Source: a virus (lineage: Duplodnaviria > Caudoviricetes). Taken from it: a stretch of DNA of 64,000 bases. The stretch lies in IMG/VR virus record IMGVR_UViG_3300021964_010723; one strand, 5' to 3'. Below are positions 49,816 through 58,336 of this stretch, in pieces (within the stretch, counting starts at the first letter, position 1; each line of letters begins with the position of its first letter). The notes under the pieces were generated by a model, which was given only the letters and a program-made list of their open reading frames with translations, searched no databases and was not told the DNA's origin. The translations under genes were made by a program, and so were the position numbers.

Positions 49816-51399
49816 TTATGATAGATTTACCCATCCGCTGCCATCATACCCTTGGAATTTTGGCACAGCAGGAGAGCCACCTTGAGATCCATCATCAAGA
49901 AGAAAAATTATCATTCCTGCAGCAGGAGAAGTAATATCTGCATCTCTTGCAGTGCTGTCAGCATAAGTACCTAAGTTAACAGGCCCACCAAATGCAGCGT
50001 CACCGTCTACAGTTAATCTAGCAGTAGCAATGTCTGTTCCTATTGATAAGGACCCGTCTTCTTGTATGTAAACTCTAGCTGTTGCAGGAAAATTTTGTAT
50101 CGGTCCTCGACAGAAAAATTTAAATCCATCTGTTCCGCCTTTGATAAAAGCATCTGTTATATCTTCTCCATTAAGATCTGATCGGGTGAAATCTAATCTG
50201 CCATGGTCGTTACCAGCACCTGACAGATCTAGATCAGAGCGGTTATAATTCAATTGGAATCTAGTTTGTCCTTGTCCTCTTACTCTAATGTACCAAAAAC
50301 CGTTTACTCCGGTTGAATCTACTATTTCTAAATTTTTAGCTGGAACAGCGATAAGTTGAGTGGTTAAAGAGTCTGATGTTACAATACTGGCAATTACATT
50401 ACCAGTCAAATTACCACTAACATTCCCTGACACGTCTCCAGTCAAGTCACCAGTAACATTCCCGAACACGTCTCCAGTCAAGTCACCAGTAACATTCCCG
50501 AACACGTCTCCAGTAACATTTCCGATCACGTCTCCAATAACATCACCTTGTATATCAATATAACCTATTCCTGTTACGTGATCAATCAACACACTAGAAT
50601 CTGTACCTATTAGGCTTGCTTCTATTGTCAATGCTTCTATGAAAGGAGTGTGTATCGTGGTATTTACCTCTAAGGTGTCTACAGTAGTATTTGTTGCAGT
50701 TAAAGTATCAATAGTTGCAGTGTCAGAGATCGTTATGGTACTCAAAGTTAAAACATTTGGAACTACAGGTCCAGGAATCCATTTGTTTGTTGAGCTGTCC
50801 CATTTTAATACATCTCCAGGATATATAGTGCCAGGATAAGAAATATCCTTTAAATCCTCAATAGAATTATTGCCTAAATATACATTTTCGCTAGTTCTGC
50901 TAACTAAGACTTGACCATTGACACCTTGTATAGATGCTGTAATACTGTTTGTTGGTATCCAAGTACTTGAGGATGCTGAATACCTAAGTACATCATCGTT
51001 AGCTGGATTCTCTGCATCTACATCAGGAAGATCAGAAAGCACATTATTATCTAGTACTAGTTTGCTGTTTGCTCCGTCAACTAATGGCTGGGAATCGTCG
51101 CCAAAAATACTACCCGTTACATCTGTTATAATGGTAGGAATGGTAAGTGTTCCTGTCGCTGAAATATCTCCGCTAATGTTGATATTACCAAAACCTACAA
51201 TATCTTGTCCATTTAAGTCTATATCGGCACCTAATTGTGGAGATGTGTCATTTATCAAATCTGAAACGCTCACACCACCTGCAGTAACTCCGTCCCCTAT
51301 ATATAATCTTTTTGTATCAGTTGAGTAAACTAGCTCACCTTCTACGAAAACAATGCCAATGCGCTCTAAGTCTGTTCCTCTACGTATTCGTAACGCCAT
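49816..51399 (-). CDS. Tail fibre-like virion protein
   Basis: N-terminal MALRIRRGT...EGELVYSTDTKRLYIGDG, GxVx repeats, D.L.W....W fibre modules; TATAAATA promoter and AGGAG SD upstream. Confidence 0.7.
   Translation of the reverse strand: MALRIRRGTDLERIGIVFVEGELVYSTDTKRLYIGDGVTAGGVSVSDLINDTSPQLGADIDLNGQDIVGFGNINISGDISATGTLTIPTIITDVTGSIFGDDSQPLVDGANSKLVLDNNVLSDLPDVDAENPANDDVLRYSASSSTWIPTNSITASIQGVNGQVLVSRTSENVYLGNNSIEDLKDISYPGTIYPGDVLKWDSSTNKWIPGPVVPNVLTLSTITISDTATIDTLTATNTTVDTLEVNTTIHTPFIEALTIEASLIGTDSSVLIDHVTGIGYIDIQGDVIGDVIGNVTGDVFGNVTGDLTGDVFGNVTGDLTGDVSGNVSGNLTGNVIASIVTSDSLTTQLIAVPAKNLEIVDSTGVNGFWYIRVRGQGQTRFQLNYNRSDLDLSGAGNDHGRLDFTRSDLNGEDITDAFIKGGTDGFKFFCRGPIQNFPATARVYIQEDGSLSIGTDIATARLTVDGDAAFGGPVNLGTYADSTARDADITSPAAGMIIFLLDDGSQGGSPAVPKFQGYDGSGWVNLS
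50431..50502. repeat. Exact 36-nt tandem repeat (2 copies plus degenerate flanks) in the fibre gene
   Basis: cacgtctccagtcaagtcaccagtaacattcccgaa at 50431-50466 and 50467-50502; one unit encodes FGNVTGDLTGDV on the - strand. Confidence 0.9.
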
Positions 51400-51431
51400 G
51401 TCTTATAACTCCTAATATTCCTTGCTTTATA

Positions 51432-51439
51432 TATTTATA
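51432..51439 (-). promoter_or_regulatory. T4-type late promoter TATAAATA
   Basis: Exact consensus on the - strand, 32 nt upstream of ATG 51399. Confidence 0.6.
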
Positions 51440-51446
51440 TAAAATT

Positions 51447-51731
51447 CTATTTTCTTTTTTTTAGAAAAGTAGTAGTTTTTTTTTGGATATCTTTTTTAAT
51501 TTTTTTTGTGTCTAATCTAAAATCAATATCTTGGATAGTGTCTTCGTATTCTTCAAAAAGCTTATATAATGATTCTTCTATATTTGTGTTATCATTATTT
51601 AGTTTACTTTTTTTTACATCTATATCCCAAATTTTATTATCGTTAAATGTTATTCTAACAGAATGCAAATATTTAATAGGTATAGTTGTAAGTTCTAAAT
51701 TCTTAAAAATTTCAACCCATTGATCATCCAT
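51447..51731 (-). CDS. Hypothetical protein
   Basis: 94 aa, tightly packed in the operon. Confidence 0.6.
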   Translation of the reverse strand: MDDQWVEIFKNLELTTIPIKYLHSVRITFNDNKIWDIDVKKSKLNNDNTNIEESLYKLFEEYEDTIQDIDFRLDTKKIKKDIQKKTTTFLKKRK

Positions 51732-51732
51732 T

Positions 51733-52338
51733 TTAAGACTCTAGAATTTTTTTTACTGTTTTCTTTTTAGTTGGGTGTAGTTTTTCAGCCTCTTCTCTTA
51801 ATCTTTTTGCTTCTTTAAACATTGTATCAGCTTGTGATCTATAGTTTGCAGCTAATGCTTCGTCAGTTAGTGCCTCATTATCAGTTGTAGGTAAATTATC
51901 CTGTATGTCTATTGATTTAGAATTGGCTTTTTTTGATTGAGTAGGTTCTTGATTATCGGCTGTTAGTGCTAAATCGTCTATAGTAACACCTTTTTGCTCT
52001 GCAATTATTTTGTTTAATTCATCTAAAGATATTGAGTTGTTGGTATCAGGAGTCATTTCTACTTCATTTGTTTTGACTTTGATCATTTTTCCAGTAGTAT
52101 GAAATCTAGCAAGCATGTTGCTACCATCAGATAATGTACCTCTTGCCATTACTTGGGCAAATTCATATGAATTTTGCCCAGCATTTGATTCTACTAGTTT
52201 TATTAAACTGTCGTGATCTGCTGCTTCTAAATTTTCTGTAGAAACACATACACATGAAGAAGAATCTCCTGGTAATGTTCGATATGCAACTACTACCTTC
52301 CTTTTAGATTTTTTAAGTCTACCAATGTGTTTAAGCAT
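51733..52338 (-). CDS. Hypothetical protein with C-terminal coiled coil
   Basis: Start moved to ATG 52338 (GGAGG SD; ATGCTTAA overlap with the upstream stop). Confidence 0.65.
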   Translation of the reverse strand: MLKHIGRLKKSKRKVVVAYRTLPGDSSSCVCVSTENLEAADHDSLIKLVESNAGQNSYEFAQVMARGTLSDGSNMLARFHTTGKMIKVKTNEVEMTPDTNNSISLDELNKIIAEQKGVTIDDLALTADNQEPTQSKKANSKSIDIQDNLPTTDNEALTDEALAANYRSQADTMFKEAKRLREEAEKLHPTKKKTVKKILES

Positions 52339-52564
52339 CCTGTCCTCCGGCTGCTTGTTGTTGAGCAGCAACAGCACTTAAAAAAGTTTCTAATTTTGTG
52401 TAAACTGTACCAATAGTAGTCATTTCATTTGGTTTAAAAGCTCCTCTGCTACTAGCAACATCAATAATTTGCTTCAACGCATTTAAGTCATTTACAGTTA
52501 ACTCTACATTTTGATCGCTTTCTTGCGCATCTGCTTTTTGTTCTTCTACTTGTTTTTCTGGCAT
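52331..52564 (-). CDS. Small hypothetical protein
   Basis: Start at ATG 52564 (AAGGA SD); TAAATA at 52594-52599. Confidence 0.6.
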   Translation of the reverse strand: MPEKQVEEQKADAQESDQNVELTVNDLNALKQIIDVASSRGAFKPNEMTTIGTVYTKLETFLSAVAAQQQAAGGQDA

Positions 52565-52596
52565 AATAATTCCTTTAAAAAAAATGTGTGTTATAT

Positions 52597-52884
52597 TTAA
52601 TAATATTTCAAATGAGGACAAGCCAATGTGAAATAAGAAAGTTCTTTTGGATCTTCAAATCCTATTTGTAGGCATTCTTCAATTTTTTTATTGTTTGTAT
52701 ACATTAATGAATTTGAAACATAGAACCTACCTTTTAAATTATTTAATATCCATCTCGAAATTGTTTCTTTCAAATTATATTGTAATGGAATATAGATGTA
52801 TTCAAAATATGACGGAGCAGTATTTGGTTGCCTTACATTATATATGTTAAGATGATTAGGTCTTTTTATTTTAAGCATTGTCAT
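52597..52884 (-). CDS. Hypothetical protein
   Basis: 95 aa, overlaps the VWA gene stop. Confidence 0.55.
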   Translation of the reverse strand: MTMLKIKRPNHLNIYNVRQPNTAPSYFEYIYIPLQYNLKETISRWILNNLKGRFYVSNSLMYTNNKKIEECLQIGFEDPKELSYFTLACPHLKYY

Positions 52885-54154
52885 AATGCGTTGTTAATCC
52901 AAATGGTGCTTGAAAGTTTTTGTCATGATAATCATGTATCATAAAAATTGTATCACAGTAATCCTCGTCGCCCCAACTATCCCAAGGATAGCCATCTGTA
53001 AACATAATGAATTTCTTAGGCTCAATGTCATTCTGTTTCATATACTCCCAATTGCACATAAAATCTGTGCCCCCGCCGCCTTTTGGTTCATATGTATTTA
53101 CATCATCTCCATTATCAGATGAAAAATCTTGTTCGTTATAAACTTGTGTGTCAAAGCACCAAACTTTAATTCTATAATCTTTATATTGTTGCATAATACC
53201 TTGTAGCTCGCTGAGCATGTCACGAGCTTGATCCTGTCCAATAGATCCGCTCATATCAAGTGCAACACATACATCAATTGTATCCTCAAAGTTCATTCCT
53301 GGCAATACTGCACCGGTATGCCAACCTTTTCTACTTGGGCGAGCAAATGTATAATCATTACGTATAGTAGATTGGATTTGGGTTTGGATAATCTCACGCC
53401 AGTTCATCTTAGGCTCGGTAAGTTCTTGTATCATGCGTTTAATTTCGCCTGGAACATTACCTGCACCTGCAGCTTGTGCAGCCTGCAACATACCTTCTTT
53501 TACTTCGTCTTTGATTGCTTTGATCTCTTCTGCTGTTAGTTTGCGTGGTCTGCCATTTTCAGAGTCATCATCTCCTGCTCCGGATCCTTGCCCTTCTTGT
53601 TCGGGGCCTTCGGACCAGTCCATATGCTCGTCTAGTAAATCTCCTAACTCCTTAATAAATTCTTCACCCTTTTCATCTGCTTCTTTTTTCAATTCGTCAT
53701 AGACTTCTTCACTAGTCCAGCCATCATACTTGTAGTCTTGGAAAATAGGAATCTGTGTGACTTTCTCGCCAATGCGTTCACGTAATAATAGATTGTTTAC
53801 AAGATAGTCACAGGCAACGTTGTACAGCATAGGATTGCGATCATCTCTGCGACTCATATGATCATATACACAATGGAGGATTTCGTGTGCAATAACAAAT
53901 TCGATCTGTTTTTCTGTAAGTTCGTTAAAGAATTGTGTATTGTAGTAGAGGTGTCTGCCGTCAGTTGCAGCAGTAGGACACCACGCATCGCAGGATTTGA
54001 TTTTAAGACGAGTTGCCATATTGCCGAAAAATGAATGGCGTAGCAAAAGACCTACACGAGCAACAATAATTTTGTCTTCGACCTCCTTGCTCATCTTAGC
54101 AAGTTCTTCTGGAGATAAATCTTTTGGCTGGAATTCTTTTGTGTCAACTGTCAT
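52871..54154 (-). CDS. Metallopeptidase-like (HExxH) plus VWA domain protein (DUF2201 type)
   Basis: CPTAATDG, AHEILH, acidic Gly-rich linker, DMSGS MIDAS motif, GGGTDF, FTDG. Confidence 0.85.
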   Translation of the reverse strand: MTVDTKEFQPKDLSPEELAKMSKEVEDKIIVARVGLLLRHSFFGNMATRLKIKSCDAWCPTAATDGRHLYYNTQFFNELTEKQIEFVIAHEILHCVYDHMSRRDDRNPMLYNVACDYLVNNLLLRERIGEKVTQIPIFQDYKYDGWTSEEVYDELKKEADEKGEEFIKELGDLLDEHMDWSEGPEQEGQGSGAGDDDSENGRPRKLTAEEIKAIKDEVKEGMLQAAQAAGAGNVPGEIKRMIQELTEPKMNWREIIQTQIQSTIRNDYTFARPSRKGWHTGAVLPGMNFEDTIDVCVALDMSGSIGQDQARDMLSELQGIMQQYKDYRIKVWCFDTQVYNEQDFSSDNGDDVNTYEPKGGGGTDFMCNWEYMKQNDIEPKKFIMFTDGYPWDSWGDEDYCDTIFMIHDYHDKNFQAPFGLTTHYDNA

Positions 54155-54183
54155 AAAGTCTCCTATGATGTAATTATACTTAT

Positions 54184-54212
54184 ATTATATGAGAATGCGG
54201 GTAAGAAGTCAA
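54184..54212 (-). promoter_or_regulatory. sigma70-type promoter
   Basis: TTGACT (54207-54212), 17 nt, TATAAT (54184-54189); AGGAG SD before ATG 54154. Confidence 0.75.
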
Positions 54213-54214
54213 GG

Positions 54215-54238
54215 AAAAAATGGGCGCACTTGGCGCCC
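54215..54238 (-). terminator. Rho-independent terminator after the MoxR gene
   Basis: GGGCGC-CAAGT-GCGCCC-ATTTTTT on the - strand, just after the stop at 54246. Confidence 0.8.
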
Positions 54239-54245
54239 GGTAGGA

Positions 54246-55325
54246 TTAAGCTTGTTGAGCTTTTGTAATGTAACGTCCGAAACGCTCGTGGAATTCATCA
54301 AAGCACTCAATTTCGTCCGGATCGATTGGGAGCTGATATTGTGTAAGTGCAAGTTTTACACCCATAACAACAAGTTCAGTTTCAAAATTATCCATCATAA
54401 AACGTAAAAACTTGTCAACTTTAGAGTCAAACTTCTTGTCACCTTTGTCACATGCTTCTTTCAGTTCGTAGCACAGTGAAACAGTAAGTGAGTACATTGC
54501 AGAGATCTCTTTTGATTTGATCTCTTTAATCTTACCTTCGAGGATGTCAGTTGGATTAGGCATGCTTGCAGCAACTTTGCGATGTGCAACGAACTTAATA
54601 GCAAGACCCTCTCCGACACACCCTGATACAAGATCAGTTGTAGTTTCGTCGTCGAGATTGTCTTCGAGCAATTCGCTTACAAAACTCCAACTGCGGGGAG
54701 TAGCAAATGAACGATTGGGACTCTTAGGATCAAAATCATACAAATCACGCTTGGCAAACTGTAAAAAGCCTACAACATCCTTGTGGATTTTATTGTCAAC
54801 AGCCCAGTTAAACCAGTCGTCGAAGCTTACAGCAAGTTCCAAGTGAACAAAGCGATTAGCAAGCGGAGCAGGCATGCGATAAGTAACACCTTTGTCAGTT
54901 TCTCTGTTACCTGCAGCAACAATATAAACGTTGTCTGGTAGTTCGTAAGCGCCTACACGACGATTAAGGATAAGCTGATATGCAGCAGCCTGTACAGCAG
55001 GTGCAGCAGAATTCATCTCATCTAAGAATAAGATAATAGCTTTGTGTTGTGAAGCCATAGCAGCGTCGGGCAACTCGACTGGAGGAGCCCAGCTCATCTT
55101 GTTGTCTTCTGCAGAGTAATAAGGAATACCTTTGATGTCAGTTGGCTCCCACAAGCTCAATCGGACATCAATCACATGAGCATCAAGTGCATCACCGATC
55201 TGATGCACAATGTCACTCTTGCCAATGCCTGGAGGCCCCCAAATGAATACTGGACGCTTCTTAGTGATAGCATGTGAAATACGTGACTTGGCTTTGTTTG
55301 GGGAAAGTGTTCGTGCAGTATCCAT
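54246..55325 (-). CDS. MoxR-like AAA+ ATPase
   Basis: Walker A GPPGIGKS, Walker B LFLDEMN, AAGN, PLANRF. Confidence 0.85.
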   Translation of the reverse strand: MDTARTLSPNKAKSRISHAITKKRPVFIWGPPGIGKSDIVHQIGDALDAHVIDVRLSLWEPTDIKGIPYYSAEDNKMSWAPPVELPDAAMASQHKAIILFLDEMNSAAPAVQAAAYQLILNRRVGAYELPDNVYIVAAGNRETDKGVTYRMPAPLANRFVHLELAVSFDDWFNWAVDNKIHKDVVGFLQFAKRDLYDFDPKSPNRSFATPRSWSFVSELLEDNLDDETTTDLVSGCVGEGLAIKFVAHRKVAASMPNPTDILEGKIKEIKSKEISAMYSLTVSLCYELKEACDKGDKKFDSKVDKFLRFMMDNFETELVVMGVKLALTQYQLPIDPDEIECFDEFHERFGRYITKAQQA

Positions 55326-55381
55326 TTAGTATCTCCTGGTAGGGTTAAAATGCGCTGCGCTCTGTTACGCAACATAATAAT

Positions 55382-55409
55382 AGTATAGCAGGTGTGTAGG
55401 GAAGGTCAA
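55382..55409 (-). promoter_or_regulatory. sigma70-type promoter with extended -10
   Basis: TTGACC (55404-55409), 16 nt ending TGC, TATACT (55382-55387). Confidence 0.65.
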
Positions 55410-55651
55410 GAGTTTTTTTGAGAATTTTTTGATAAAATTTCATTAACAAGCTCAGTTTCTATGTCCCATTGCAAGTCTTCTAGCATTATGTCTAGCTTTT
55501 CAAAATTTTCTTTGGCCTGTTTAATTTGTTCGCCTAATTCTCGCTTAAGATCTGAATCGGACATATTTTTGTATGTTTCTATAGCAGTTTTGAAGGTAGA
55601 TGGACTATCCGAAAGTTCAGCTAGTATGTCCTGCAACTCTTTATCAGTCAT
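55406..55651 (-). CDS. Hypothetical protein
   Basis: 81 aa helical acidic ORF overlapping the upstream stop. Confidence 0.55.
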   Translation of the reverse strand: MTDKELQDILAELSDSPSTFKTAIETYKNMSDSDLKRELGEQIKQAKENFEKLDIMLEDLQWDIETELVNEILSKNSQKNS

Positions 55652-56024
55652 ATCTACTCATCGCCTTTGTTAACCCATATTTTTCTAAATCACCACTAAA
55701 AAGATGTAGTTCCATAGATTTCTTTTCATCTGTCACAAAAATACTACTTTGCTCTAGGAAGTAAGGACAAGTTATAAATTGATCAAGGAAAATAATAGTT
55801 TGTGTGGTCAACTTGAGTGTCCTAGGCAACGGTATTTCGTAAAATCTTAAATCTATTTGATTGCTTAGAAAATTAAATCCTTCTTCGGTTAAACGCAGGC
55901 CGCCTTTATCTTTATCTCTAGTATTTTGCCACCATTTTCTTGTATAAAGTTTTAAGGTTGGAGGAGATATAGCTATATCAGCTTGTTTTAAAAAAATTTT
56001 TGTAAATATTTCTTTATTAGTCAT
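55644..56024 (-). CDS. Hypothetical phage protein
   Basis: 126 aa, coupled to its neighbours. Confidence 0.6.
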   Translation of the reverse strand: MTNKEIFTKIFLKQADIAISPPTLKLYTRKWWQNTRDKDKGGLRLTEEGFNFLSNQIDLRFYEIPLPRTLKLTTQTIIFLDQFITCPYFLEQSSIFVTDEKKSMELHLFSGDLEKYGLTKAMSRYD

Positions 56025-56298
56025 TTGTAAAATCTACAATCTTTTTTACAGAAAAATCATTTGTTTCAAATAATGAATTTAATTTTTTGGCAAGGTTATA
56101 AGCATGTCCAGGATTAGTAAAACTTGTTTTTTTATATTTTGGTCCGGGATGACTTAACAAGCTATGTCCACTTCTAAGATTAAATGGTTTGTTTTTATAT
56201 ACAACCATCCATACAGCTTCTGCATCTAATATTTGTTCAACTCTATAATTTACTTTATTGGTATGCTCAAGTAATATATTTGGTTTTGGTCTACTCAT
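56017..56298 (-). CDS. Hypothetical phage protein
   Basis: Start proposed at ATG 56298 (MSRPKP), 5 nt after a TAAATA motif; ATG 56313 is the alternative. Confidence 0.6.
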   Translation of the reverse strand: MSRPKPNILLEHTNKVNYRVEQILDAEAVWMVVYKNKPFNLRSGHSLLSHPGPKYKKTSFTNPGHAYNLAKKLNSLFETNDFSVKKIVDFTND

Positions 56299-56306
56299 AA
56301 GTGTAT

Positions 56307-56540
56307 TTACCATCCTTTACCACCGTCTACAGTTATTGATATTATTTCTTCTTGTGTTGACTCCTTATCCTTTATTTTTTTATTATATAAATCTGCCAGT
56401 AATAATGTTAAAACATACGTCAAATTCTTTGCATCTTGTATAGAAAGTCTAATTTCTCTGTCGCGTTTTGCATCTGCTGCTTTTATTAATTTTATAAAAT
56501 TTTCTATTGGTATTGTATTTAAAGGTGTATTATTTTGCAT
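56307..56540 (-). CDS. Hypothetical protein
   Basis: 77 aa, overlaps the upstream gene. Confidence 0.55.
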   Translation of the reverse strand: MQNNTPLNTIPIENFIKLIKAADAKRDREIRLSIQDAKNLTYVLTLLLADLYNKKIKDKESTQEEIISITVDGGKGW

Positions 56541-56997
56541 TTTTGTTAGCCAACGCAGATCTCATTTCGATTTTATTTTTAAAAGGTCCTTCGTACTGAT
56601 ATTTTTCTATTGTAATTAATTTAGGACAATAACTTTTAACCCATCCTTTATCAAACTTTATAATATAGTATCCTGCACAATAAATACTTTTTGAATTTTT
56701 ACTTTTTGTGAACAAAGGTAATTTTTTTTGTATATTATACATTGCATTAAATGGTTTAACAGACGCTTGATAACCATGTACTTCATTAAAGTGATGTTCG
56801 ACAATTTCTAAATTTTCCCAAACAATTTGTTTCCCAAAATCTGTTTCTACAGAAACAGTGTTATCAAAAAATCTAGTGCCTTTACGATCAGCTAATAAAA
56901 ATTTGTCATCTGCTAAAGAAAGAGTGGCTACTTTTTCACCTTCGTCTTCTAAAATCCAAAATTTACCATTTATGATTTCTTTCGCGTGAACTGTCAT
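56530..56997 (-). CDS. Hypothetical phage protein
   Basis: 155 aa, GGAG SD, ATGA overlap with the exonuclease stop. Confidence 0.6.
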   Translation of the reverse strand: MTVHAKEIINGKFWILEDEGEKVATLSLADDKFLLADRKGTRFFDNTVSVETDFGKQIVWENLEIVEHHFNEVHGYQASVKPFNAMYNIQKKLPLFTKSKNSKSIYCAGYYIIKFDKGWVKSYCPKLITIEKYQYEGPFKNKIEMRSALANKNAK

Positions 56998-57986
56998 TGT
57001 GTGTCTCCGTTATAGCTAGAGTTTATAATTTTTGCATATGCATCAGCTTGTTCAGATAATCTATTTAATTCGTGTTTTGCACAGAATTTCATAAATTTGA
57101 TTCCTACTTGTCCTACAGATTTACTAGGTGCATCTAGTATTTTGTTTCTAATTATTTCTTTAATTTCTTGCGGTTGTGCTGTAAGATCACATAGCATAAC
57201 ATTTCTATTGTAATCATCCAGTACACGATGTTCAACACCTTCGTGATCAACCCAGCGTTGCAGCATAAGATTGTTCCAATTAAAACCTTTTGACTTTTTA
57301 TCGTCAAATGCTTCGAGCAATCCTACTTTATTTTTTGTACCTTTCTTACGGACGCCTGGATATGCACTGAACACATTATCACTAGTGTCTCCTCGCATAC
57401 ATTTTTCAAATAGCAGCCATTCTGGATTGGGTGCAGGTTTAGGTTTTCCTGTTTTGCGATCTTTTACAGGATTACCTTTTTCTGTTAGATATCCATCTAT
57501 TGTCGTAGTTTGATTTGTCACACCGTTATACTGTTTAACATTAGGCGATATGAGTTGAGCAAAGTCTCCGTCAGTTGAAATAATTACGTGTTGGTCGCTA
57601 GGATGCTGCTGAATCCAACCTGCGATTAGATCGTCTGCTTCTAGCTGCGGGTCGTGTAATACTGTACAATTAGTTTTTTCTATTATGAAGTCTTTGAATT
57701 GATCAAATGTTTCCCAAAATGCTTTGTCTTCTTTTGCTTCACGTTCAGTAAGTGCATCACGAGATTCTTGTCTGTTACGCTTGTAAGGAGCGTAAAAATC
57801 TTTACGCCAGCTACGACCTTCTAAACAAAATACTACATGATCGCCGTTAAAATCCTGCCAAGCCTTTTTAACAGAACTTAATGTGACATGTAGCGCCATG
57901 CCTGTTTTCGTTTCAATGTCGCCACGTACAACATGGCGAGCACGGAAGAATGTGTTTGCACTATCAACTAGAATATAAGTTGCCAT
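56994..57986 (-). CDS. rnh: 5'-3' exonuclease / T4 RNase H-like flap nuclease
   Basis: ILVDS.N, YKRNR, EADD, ISTDGD, GDTSDNV..YPG. Confidence 0.85.
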   Translation of the reverse strand: MATYILVDSANTFFRARHVVRGDIETKTGMALHVTLSSVKKAWQDFNGDHVVFCLEGRSWRKDFYAPYKRNRQESRDALTEREAKEDKAFWETFDQFKDFIIEKTNCTVLHDPQLEADDLIAGWIQQHPSDQHVIISTDGDFAQLISPNVKQYNGVTNQTTTIDGYLTEKGNPVKDRKTGKPKPAPNPEWLLFEKCMRGDTSDNVFSAYPGVRKKGTKNKVGLLEAFDDKKSKGFNWNNLMLQRWVDHEGVEHRVLDDYNRNVMLCDLTAQPQEIKEIIRNKILDAPSKSVGQVGIKFMKFCAKHELNRLSEQADAYAKIINSSYNGDTQ

Positions 57987-58006
57987 ATCTATTTAGATTA
58001 GAATGT

Positions 58007-58336
58007 TTATACTTTAATATACCCGATTCCGCGGTCGTTGTCAACCCCTTGCTCATTTAATATTTGTGTAGCAATAGTCCTGAACCATTGATCGACTAAT
58101 TCTTCATTTGTTTCGCCTGTGTAGCCTGCATCAATTAGTTCTTCAATAAATTGATTGTTCCAATCTAATTCAAAGAATCCATTGCGAATATTTTCCGGAT
58201 TAACTTGGGTGTCAAGCACTGCCACCCACGCTAGACCTTTTTTTGAAGCAATTTCTTTTTCTTTTGCAAGGATAGATCTACGCTCTTCTTCAGGTGATAT
58301 ATGAGTTTTTTGTTTGTTTTTAAACCAGTTTAACAT
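58007..58336 (-). CDS. Hypothetical phage protein
   Basis: Start at ATG 58336 (TAATG overlap with the queE stop). Confidence 0.6.
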   Translation of the reverse strand: MLNWFKNKQKTHISPEEERRSILAKEKEIASKKGLAWVAVLDTQVNPENIRNGFFELDWNNQFIEELIDAGYTGETNEELVDQWFRTIATQILNEQGVDNDRGIGYIKV

